Part shown: piece after piece, positions 32,457 through 39,550 of the stretch
How the letters are laid out: each line of letters starts with the position of its first letter
How positions within the stretch are numbered: position 1 is the first letter of the stretch
Source: an uncultured delta proteobacterium
GTDB taxonomy: Bacteria > Myxococcota_A > Polyangia > Polyangiales > Houyiibacteriaceae
Length of the DNA: 64,000 bases
Reading direction: 5' to 3'
Assembly (NCBI GenBank): GCA_963704865.1
Contig: CAVPIE010000002.1
Location: 395,415 to 459,414 of the forward strand
Program-made: the position numbers and the translations under genes
The notes under the pieces: generated by a model
Database searches by the model: none
Told to the model about the DNA's origin: nothing
Seen by the model: only the letters and a program-made list of their open reading frames with translations

Positions 32457-35062
32457 CGCGGGAAGCGAAGAACCCCATCCGCTTGATCACGGCGCTCGTG
32501 GCGACGCTCGGGATGGTGCTTTGGATGGCCAATCGCGAGCCGTTCCCGTTCGGCCCACTCTGGGGCGCGCTGATCGCGGTGCTGGCCACGACGGCCTGGG
32601 TCGCCTGGCTGGTTCCGGCGACACCGGGGGCGGTCATCCGATGGCGCGAGACGACGCTGGGCCGACAGCCGAACGAGGTCTTGTCGCCAGTTGCTTCGAG
32701 CGCGCTGGCGATTACGGCGCTGATCGTGGGGGCGGCGATCGGAGGATACGAGCGCTTGCCGATCACGATTGTGGTCGCCTTGCTCTGCCTCCTGCCGGCG
32801 AGCCTTCGGCGGCCCGGTCTCTTGGTGATGATCGCGATCTGCGCGATCTATGTGCCGCTGCTCGGCACCACGAGCCTGTGGGACCCTTGGGAGAGCCACT
32901 ATGGAGAAGTCGCTCGCGAAATCCTCGCGCGGAACGACTGGATCAGCTTGTGGTGGGCTCAGGACAAGTGGTTCTGGTCTAAACCCGTTCTGCTCTTCTG
33001 GATGGAAGCCCTGAGCATGGGCTTCCTCGGTGTGGACTTCATGCCCGACGCGAATCCGGCACACCCGGAGTGGGCACTTCGTTTGCCGGCGCTCCTGATG
33101 AGCTTGGCCGCGCTCGGGGCGATCTACGCGACGGTTCGGCGTTCGTTCAGCCCGCGCGCAGGTGTCCTCGCCACCCTGGTGACCGCAACGATGCCGCAGT
33201 TCTTCTTCATTTCCCACCAGGCGATCACCGACCTGCCCCTGGTCGCCGCCATCACGATCGCGGCGTGCTGCCTCCTCGTTGCCATCGACCAAGATCCGGA
33301 GCGCGAAGCGAAGGTGTTTCAGCTCGGGCCTTGGGCGCTTTCCCTTCAGCACCTGGTGCTGTTTGCCATCTTCCTGCTCGTCCTTCCCCAAGCGATGTAC
33401 CTCATTTCTCGCAACATCTCCTGGATCGAGGGCCAGGGACTCGTCGCCCACATCGACCGATTCCTCTACGGCTCGGCCGGCAATGTGGACGTCCCCGGCA
33501 ACCCGGCTGTGCGCGATCAGACCCCAGCCTTCCGTGGCGTCGCCGTTCAGCCGTTTGTGCAGGGCGCCCTGTGGCTCGCGCTGCTTGCCGGTCTGGCGCT
33601 CATCCTTCGCAAGGAGCGGCGTGTCCGGCCTCTCCTGATGTACGGGTTCTACTTCTTCACCGCGATTGCGTTCATGGCCAAAGGCCTTCTCGGGATCGCC
33701 ATCCCGGGGGCGGTCGCACTGTTTTACCTGCTCGCCTCCCGGCGTTGGTCGCTACTCGGCAAGGGCGAGCTTCGTGTCGCCACGGGCGCGCTGATCGTGA
33801 CCACCGTGAGCATGCCCTGGTACCTGGCGATGTACGTCCGGCACGGCCCTGCCTTCACCAATCGTCTCTTGATTCACGACCACATCAACCGGCTTGCGAG
33901 CGGAGTGCACGGCGATCAGGGAACGATCGCGTACTTCGTCGGACAGCTCGGCTACGCCACCTTCCCCTGGATCGCCCTGATCCCGCCGGCGCTCATGCTC
34001 GGCCTTTGGATGCGCTCGCGGTCGGACCGTGATGCCCGAAGCGAAACGCTTCTCTTCTTGGCGATGTGGCTACTGTCCTCGTTCGTCCTCTTCAGCGCGA
34101 TGGTGACCAAGTACCACCACTACATTCTCCCGACGATCGTGCCCGCGGGGATTCTGGTCGGGATCGCCGCGGCACAGTGTTGGGGCCCGAAGACCCCGAG
34201 GGCGACTCTGCTCGCAGCGCTCGCAGCGTGCTGCATGATTGCTGGTTTTGCCTGGCTCGCCGGAGATCCGCGAGGCGTCGTCCCTGCTGGCGCGGTTCCA
34301 ATCGAAGACTGGGTTCTGCATCAGGCACGACCGATCCGAGCCGGCGTGGTGCTCGTTCTCGGAGTCGCGCTCGCGGTGTTCGCCCGCGCGCAGATCGCTC
34401 GCGCCGAGACCAGGCTGGCCCCTCCACGCTGGGGCACCGCCCTGGGCGTCGCCTTGCTCCTTGGAGCCTGTCTCGTTGCGTTCGTGGGGCGTGATCTGAG
34501 CTGGGCGACCTCGGCGAGGCCCCAGGGGAACGAGCGACTGATTCACTTGTTCGTCTATAACTATGGGCGGCTCTGGCCCGAGCACCTGGACTATCGCGCC
34601 ATCCTCACAGGCTTCGCAGTCGCAGCGGGCGTGATCAGCGCCGCGGCGGCCTTTCGATTCTGGCGGCCGGTCGCGACCCGCGCACTCGTCGCGGTGTCGG
34701 TCCTGTTCTGCGCCTGGGGCTTGAATGTCTATATGGTCGACCTCTCGGAGCATTGGGGGATTCGCGATCTGGCGAAGCGCTACTACGCCCTCCGGCAAAG
34801 CCCAGACGAGCCACTGGTCGCCTGGCAAATGAACTGGAAGGGGGAGAACTTCTACACGGGCAATCGCGTCTACGTCTTCGCTGAAACCGACAACAAACGG
34901 ATTCGCGAATGGCTCGAGGAGAACGAGGGCAGGACCGCCTATGTCGTCCTCGAGCACAAGCGGCTCGCGACCTTTCGGAAGCTGGTTCCCGACGGAGAGG
35001 TGCGGGAGCTGTCGACCAAACGGGACTCCAACAAGTTCCTTCTGATCGAGCTTGAGATCTGA
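32453..35062 (+). CDS. Glycosyltransferase family 39 (ArnT/PMT-like) polytopic membrane protein
   Basis: The N-terminal block LWDPWESHYGEVAREILARNDWISLWW.. and more than 12 predicted TM helices are typical of undecaprenyl- or dolichyl-phosphate sugar transferases. The product is 869 aa, with a soluble C-terminal domain. Confidence 0.75.
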   Translation: MTREAKNPIRLITALVATLGMVLWMANREPFPFGPLWGALIAVLATTAWVAWLVPATPGAVIRWRETTLGRQPNEVLSPVASSALAITALIVGAAIGGYERLPITIVVALLCLLPASLRRPGLLVMIAICAIYVPLLGTTSLWDPWESHYGEVAREILARNDWISLWWAQDKWFWSKPVLLFWMEALSMGFLGVDFMPDANPAHPEWALRLPALLMSLAALGAIYATVRRSFSPRAGVLATLVTATMPQFFFISHQAITDLPLVAAITIAACCLLVAIDQDPEREAKVFQLGPWALSLQHLVLFAIFLLVLPQAMYLISRNISWIEGQGLVAHIDRFLYGSAGNVDVPGNPAVRDQTPAFRGVAVQPFVQGALWLALLAGLALILRKERRVRPLLMYGFYFFTAIAFMAKGLLGIAIPGAVALFYLLASRRWSLLGKGELRVATGALIVTTVSMPWYLAMYVRHGPAFTNRLLIHDHINRLASGVHGDQGTIAYFVGQLGYATFPWIALIPPALMLGLWMRSRSDRDARSETLLFLAMWLLSSFVLFSAMVTKYHHYILPTIVPAGILVGIAAAQCWGPKTPRATLLAALAACCMIAGFAWLAGDPRGVVPAGAVPIEDWVLHQARPIRAGVVLVLGVALAVFARAQIARAETRLAPPRWGTALGVALLLGACLVAFVGRDLSWATSARPQGNERLIHLFVYNYGRLWPEHLDYRAILTGFAVAAGVISAAAAFRFWRPVATRALVAVSVLFCAWGLNVYMVDLSEHWGIRDLAKRYYALRQSPDEPLVAWQMNWKGENFYTGNRVYVFAETDNKRIREWLEENEGRTAYVVLEHKRLATFRKLVPDGEVRELSTKRDSNKFLLIELEI

Positions 35063-35151
35063 TCCCAAAACGGGATAGAATTCCAAGACTTGTAGGTTTC
35101 GGACGTACTGAACACCAAAAACTGGACTGATTTTCAGTACTGAGCGATCCT

Positions 35152-35421
35152 GTGGATCCAATGGCAAATCACGATGAAAAACTAGGCTGGTGTCTACTCG
35201 AGACGCTCTACGAGCTCGGCCGCGCCGACATCGACGCAAACCCCGAGGTGCTGGCAACCTGGCTCGATGTTCCCGAAACCCGCGTTCAGGGGCTCTTGGC
35301 GCGGCTCGACGCGCAGGGCCTGGTCGATGGGACACGTTGCCGGCTCTCGATGCAGGGTTTGGTGCTTGCAGTCTCGATGCACGGCGCGCAGAAGCTGTCA
35401 CGGCAGTCCCTCGCCGCTTGA
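35152..35421 (+). CDS. Small winged-helix (MarR/DtxR-like) DNA-binding protein, hypothetical
   Basis: LATWLDVPETRVQGLLARLDAQGLVD is a typical recognition-helix/wing pattern. The start is GTG 35152 or ATG 35161. The ORF is preceded by an AT-richer spacer containing an 8-bp inverted repeat. Confidence 0.5.
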   Translation: MDPMANHDEKLGWCLLETLYELGRADIDANPEVLATWLDVPETRVQGLLARLDAQGLVDGTRCRLSMQGLVLAVSMHGAQKLSRQSLAA

Positions 35422-35427
35422 CCTGCC

Positions 35428-35456
35428 TTGACAGGCTGGGGCCCAACCACTATCCC
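35428..35456 (+). promoter_or_regulatory. Sigma70-type promoter candidate for tRNA-Leu
   Basis: TTGACA (35428-35433) is separated by 17 nt from TATCCC (35451-35456), which ends 12 nt before the mature tRNA 5' end. Confidence 0.5.
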
Positions 35457-35468
35457 GCCCTCTCTTCA

Positions 35469-35552
35469 GCGGAAGTGGCGGAATTGGCAGACGCGCATGA
35501 TTCAGGTTCATGTGTCCGCAAGGACGTGGAGGTTCGAGTCCTCTCTTCCGCA
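35469..35552 (+). tRNA. tRNA-Leu (anticodon CAG), class II with long variable arm
   Basis: I folded the cloverleaf by hand. The acceptor stem is GCGGAAG/CTTCCGC. The anticodon stem CATGA/TCATG carries the loop TTCAGGT, giving anticodon CAG. The variable arm is TGTCCGCAAGGACGT and the T arm is GGAGG-TTCGAGT-CCTCT. The discriminator is A. CCA is not encoded; the next bases are CCC. Confidence 0.9.
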
Positions 35553-36050
35553 CCCGGCGCGTTGTAGGTGCCACTCGTGTATCCACGAGGTCTCGACCTA
35601 CGGTGTACTCGGCACCCTTCGGGCGCCTGCGTACTGCGCCTGGAATGCGCCAGCTCCGTGGACTTCGTCCACTCCGACTTTGCCGTATTCCAGTCGCAAC
35701 CGAGTCCTCTCTTCCGCACCCGGCGCGTTGTAGGTGCCACTCGTGTATCCACGAGGTCTCGACCTACGGTGTGCTCGGCACCCTTCGGGCGCCTGCGTAC
35801 TGCGCCTGGAATGCGCCAGCTCCGTGGACTTCGTCCACTCCGACTTTGCCGTATTCCAGTCGCAACCGAGTCCTCTCTTCCGCACCCGGCGCGTTGTAGG
35901 TGCCACTCGTGTATCCACGAGGTCTCGACCTACGGTGTACTCGGCACCTTTGGGGGCTGCGTACTGTGACTGGAATCTGGCAGCTACGCGGACTGGGGTC
36001 CGCTTCGCTTTGCCATATTCCAGTCACAACCGAGTCCTCTTAAGCCGCGC
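35535..36050 (+). repeat. Tandem array of a 166-nt unit that begins inside the tRNA-Leu T-loop and re-duplicates the tRNA 3' end
   Basis: CGAGTCCTCT recurs at 35535, 35701, 35867 and 36031, giving spacings of 166, 166 and 164. Units 1 and 2 differ at a single base (35607 A versus 35773 G). Unit 3 matches unit 1 (A at the variable site) for about 80 nt and then diverges. The fourth copy is only a stub. Confidence 0.9.
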
Positions 36051-36228
36051 GTGCCTGTTGCTGGGGTTGCTCGCGTCGGGTTCAGGGCGCGTGGGTTGTT
36101 GCTGGGAGGTCCGTGTCGGGGCGCTAGGTCTGCATTCTTTTCATAGGGGGTGCAGGTTGTTTATAGCTGTGATGGTTTGGGGCTGGATGGTTTTGTTTGA
36201 TTTCAGCTAGTTAGCGGGGCTCTCACTT

Positions 36229-36244
36229 CGGTACGGGAGTTGCA
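36229..36244 (+). promoter_or_regulatory. Sigma54 (-24/-12) promoter candidate for the minor-pilin operon
   Basis: cGGtACGggagTTGCA compares with the consensus TGGCACG-N4-TTGCW. GG and GC are at the correct spacing, with two mismatches. The motif ends 12 nt before the GTG at 36257. Confidence 0.45.
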
Positions 36245-36256
36245 TCTATAGCGGAC

Positions 36257-36898
36257 GTGGATGGAAATCATAGAAATCGGCGCGAGGGGCTGACGCTGGT
36301 GGAGCTCATGGTCGTCTTGGTGGTCATGGGCGTGCTGGTGAGCGCTGCCATGCCGAACATCGGCGACGGTTTCGCCGACCGCCGTGTCGCCATGGTGGCT
36401 CGGGACGTGGCGTCGCTGTTCCAGCGCGCTCGCTACATGTCGATGGCCTACGGCCGCGCGCACCAGGTCACCTACGAAAGCGACGGCGGCACGGGCCTCG
36501 CCAACGGCAACCCGTACGCTTTTGAGACCCTGCGCGGCACCAGCGGTGGTTGCGCGCTGACCAGCTTCGAGAATGTGGGCGGCACAGTCCTCGCCGACAT
36601 GGACTGCGGCGCCAACTGGCGCTGCGTCGACAACGTGTACCCCGATACCTACGATTCAGACCCTGGCGACAACGATCTCATTCGGGTGGACGGGCACAAC
36701 TACGCCACGTTTTGCTACGAGGCGGGCTCGAACAACCAGGTGTTCATCGACTCGGTCCTGTTTTCGAACTGGCAGGTCAACCCCGTGCAGTCCGGATTCG
36801 GGTTCCTGGTGTATCGCCAACTCGACGGCCACGCGATCGGCGTCGCGCGAAAGGTTTTGGTTCCGTCGGGGACCGGCACACCACGGATACTGCGATGA
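36257..36898 (+). CDS. fimT: Type IV pilus minor pilin, GspH/FimT(FimU)-like
   Basis: The prepilin leader and cleavage/methylation motif read MDGNHRNRREG|LTLVELMVVLVVMGVL. A GspH-like segment follows (RRVAMVARDVASLFQRAR). Confidence 0.75.
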   Translation: MDGNHRNRREGLTLVELMVVLVVMGVLVSAAMPNIGDGFADRRVAMVARDVASLFQRARYMSMAYGRAHQVTYESDGGTGLANGNPYAFETLRGTSGGCALTSFENVGGTVLADMDCGANWRCVDNVYPDTYDSDPGDNDLIRVDGHNYATFCYEAGSNNQVFIDSVLFSNWQVNPVQSGFGFLVYRQLDGHAIGVARKVLVPSGTGTPRILR

Positions 36899-37527
36899 AA
36901 CATCTCGACAAGAACACACGGGCAGGTTTCACCCTCATCGAGGTCATGATCGCCATCGGCATCATGACCGTGGGCTCGCTCGGGATCCTGGCGATGCACC
37001 AGGGCGTGAGCCAGGCGAACCGGACGGCGCTCGAAATGAACACCGCGTTGGCGATTACCGAACGCTGGGTCGAGCGCGTCGAGCGCGATGCGCTCTCCTG
37101 GACGGAGCAGGGCCTCAACAGCAGCAAACTTTTGGGGACCTACCACCTGTCGGGGCTCGCCGGCACGCCTGTGGCCACCGCCTGGTTCAGGCCGACGCCG
37201 CCGTCCGGAGAATCGTACGATTTCGATCACTTCGGTGGTGACATCGTCACCGGCAATGCGAATCCACCGAAATACTGCACCAACCTGCGCCTTAGTTGGC
37301 TCCGGCAGGGAAGCTCGGCCCGGGTCGACATCCGAACGTTCTGGTATCGCGAGGGCTATGCGCCCGGCGGCGCGACGCACCCGAACTGGGTGAGTGGCTC
37401 CGCGTTTCGAGGCGCGGATTGCGACGCGGCCACCGCGGACGGCTGGGGCCTCAACACGGCATCGCTCCCGCCGAACATCGATGTGGTGTTCGCATCGACC
37501 GTCGTGACCTGGCTGAGGAGGGAATGA
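36895..37527 (+). CDS. pilV: Type IV pilus minor pilin PilV-like
   Basis: The N-terminus reads MKHLDKNTRAG|FTLIEVMIAIGIMTVGSLGILAM. There is an ATGA overlap with the upstream gene. The listed ORF start at 36550 is an upstream extension. Confidence 0.75.
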   Translation: MKHLDKNTRAGFTLIEVMIAIGIMTVGSLGILAMHQGVSQANRTALEMNTALAITERWVERVERDALSWTEQGLNSSKLLGTYHLSGLAGTPVATAWFRPTPPSGESYDFDHFGGDIVTGNANPPKYCTNLRLSWLRQGSSARVDIRTFWYREGYAPGGATHPNWVSGSAFRGADCDAATADGWGLNTASLPPNIDVVFASTVVTWLRRE

Positions 37528-38858
37528 ACGTGAGCAACAGCGGATTTACTCTCATCGAGCTGATGGTCGCGATGGTCGTGGGCCTCACCGCCGTCACCTC
37601 GGTCTACAGCCTTGGGGCGGCGATGAGCGAACAGTTCTACCAAGAGCAACGCACGGCGACCTCGCAAGGCTCCTCGCGCACCGCGATCATGGAGCTCCGC
37701 CGCGATATTTCTCGCGCCGGTCTCTTCGGCTCGCCCAACGCCCAGCGCGAGTCCCGCTGCGAGACAGATTCGGCCCTCGAGCCCGAGCTCCCCAAGCTCG
37801 GCGGCGGCAACATCACCATGGGCGCCTTTCAGTACTACCCGGACACCGACCAAGCCGTGCTCGACCCGGGTGACCTCAACGGCAGCCGGGTACGCGCCGA
37901 CCGCCTTCGCGTGCTCACCAGCCTCTATCTCACCGACCAGCTCCTGGTCGACTCCATCAGCCCCGAAGGGACGACCATCATCTTACAAACCAGCAACCAG
38001 GCGTACCGCCGGACCTTCGCCTGGGGTCAGGCCGCAGGCCCCTTCACCGGCTCCGCGCCGGACTACCTCGACGGCAATCTCGGCTGGGAAACGGCCTGGG
38101 GTGGTGAGACGGCGAGCTGGAAAGGCATCGGCCAAAAAGGAGCGCGCGCGTTCCAGACCGGCTCTGTCCTCCACATCGAATCACCCGAGGGGTATCACTT
38201 CTTTCGAACCGTCTTTGGCAAGGCGGACAACACTCAGAATGAAGTGCGCCTGTCGGTCGCTCCGCAACTGCCGGTCGCCAGCGCGTGTCTTCCGGGAGCA
38301 GGCGCGGGCTCGACCGTCGCTCCGCTGCAATGGGTCGAGTATGCGCTGGTCGACCCGTTCGATGCCGCGTCGGTCGGCGCCAACTTCATGGATTTCGGAG
38401 AACTTTTCTTCTTCGATCTCGAGGGCACGAATCCCTTGATCACGACTGATTTCGAGAACGCTGGCGCAGAGGCGCTTCGGGAGAAGCGCAACGTCATGCT
38501 GGTGCGACGCATCTTGAATCCGGCGGACGGGACGGTGAGGCCCAACACCACGCAGGTGCTCGCCGAGTTCGTCAGCAACTTCGAAGTCTCGTTCCTCATC
38601 GACCGCAACTCCGGAACGACGACTCTGGCGCCGGACCTCGTCCCCGAGACGGATATCAACGACATTCCCGAGCAGGTTCGCTCGGTAATCGTCGACTTGG
38701 GAATTCGCAGCCCGCTCGAAGACCCTTCGATTCCCTACTCGGCGGTGACCAACGCGAACACGCGCTTCGAGGTGGACGCGGACCAAAAGGGCTCTGCGCG
38801 CGTCCGCCACATCCGCATCGAGATTCCGGTGATGAGCGTGGCAAGGAGGAACCTCTGA
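37524..38858 (+). CDS. pilW: Type IV pilus minor pilin PilW-like
   Basis: The N-terminus reads MNVSNSG|FTLIELMVAMVVGLTAVTSVY. There is an ATGA overlap with pilV-like. The product is about 444 aa. Confidence 0.7.
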   Translation: MNVSNSGFTLIELMVAMVVGLTAVTSVYSLGAAMSEQFYQEQRTATSQGSSRTAIMELRRDISRAGLFGSPNAQRESRCETDSALEPELPKLGGGNITMGAFQYYPDTDQAVLDPGDLNGSRVRADRLRVLTSLYLTDQLLVDSISPEGTTIILQTSNQAYRRTFAWGQAAGPFTGSAPDYLDGNLGWETAWGGETASWKGIGQKGARAFQTGSVLHIESPEGYHFFRTVFGKADNTQNEVRLSVAPQLPVASACLPGAGAGSTVAPLQWVEYALVDPFDAASVGANFMDFGELFFFDLEGTNPLITTDFENAGAEALREKRNVMLVRRILNPADGTVRPNTTQVLAEFVSNFEVSFLIDRNSGTTTLAPDLVPETDINDIPEQVRSVIVDLGIRSPLEDPSIPYSAVTNANTRFEVDADQKGSARVRHIRIEIPVMSVARRNL

Positions 38859-39550
38859 TGAAGCATCCTCGCAAACAGGAAGGCGCCGTGCTTTTCGTCG
38901 TCTTGATGATCGTCATGGTCGGCACCGCGAGCGCGCTCTTCTCGGCCACGACGGTGTCGCACGAGGTCCGCGGCACGGGGTTTGCGCGCCAGCAGCTGCA
39001 AACCCGATACGCCGCCCGCTCCGCCTTGATCGGCGCGCTCGAGTGGTTCGACATCTTCGGCCCCGAAGCCGTGCGCGACATCGTGCAGACCCGCGGCGAC
39101 ACCGACGCCAAGCTCTTCGCCTGTGTGGGCGATGGCGTGACCACCCCGAAGAGCTGCTACCCGGAACCCCCCTTGGCCGGCAGCCGCCGGGCCTACCGCC
39201 TTTACGAGCAGCACTTCGGCGCGCTGATCGAGCCCGACGACAGCGGCAACTTCAAAAACCCACCGGTCGACGCCGCCGCCGTCTTCGGTGGCGGCTCTGC
39301 CTACAGCCCCGCATTCGTGGTCGACCTTTATGACGAGCACATCGTGAACAAGCTTCCGCCCGGAGCGGCCGCGCAGGGTGGCACCAAATTCAAGTACATG
39401 CGCACGACCATGACGGCTCGCGGTCGCGCGCAGGTAGGAGACGGGACCGTCGATGCCGCCGACGGCGAGGACGCGGGACGGCAGTGGAACGAGACGGGCG
39501 CGGATATGCGCGCATACATCATCAGCGGGCCATTCATTTCGGGGTCATGA
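38858..39550 (+). CDS. pilX: PilX-like minor pilin
   Basis: The N-terminus reads MKHPRKQEGAVLFVVLMIVMVGTASALF, which is PilX_N-like with a hydrophobic helix and no Glu5. There is a TGATG junction with the upstream gene. Confidence 0.6.
   Translation: MKHPRKQEGAVLFVVLMIVMVGTASALFSATTVSHEVRGTGFARQQLQTRYAARSALIGALEWFDIFGPEAVRDIVQTRGDTDAKLFACVGDGVTTPKSCYPEPPLAGSRRAYRLYEQHFGALIEPDDSGNFKNPPVDAAAVFGGGSAYSPAFVVDLYDEHIVNKLPPGAAAQGGTKFKYMRTTMTARGRAQVGDGTVDAADGEDAGRQWNETGADMRAYIISGPFISGS

Noticed and set aside
35535-36050. A possible CRISPR array.
   Set aside because: The units are directly abutting 166-nt repeats with no unique spacers. There are no cas genes in the window.
35428-36210. Seven 87-158-aa ORFs on both strands spanning the tRNA-Leu and the 166-nt repeat array, for example 35568-35969 and 35598-35918.
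   Set aside because: They exist only because the GC-rich repeat lacks stops. The 166-nt period is not a multiple of 3, so each unit is read in a different frame. They also overlap a tRNA gene. I found no coding signal.
35469-36256. A possible integrated mobile element or prophage remnant at the tRNA-Leu 3' end, with the duplicated tRNA ends read as attL/attR.
   Set aside because: There is no integrase, excisionase or other phage or ICE gene between or next to the copies. Identity also extends through whole 166-nt units, so this is a tandem duplication rather than independent att scars. I cannot exclude an ancient att-derived origin.
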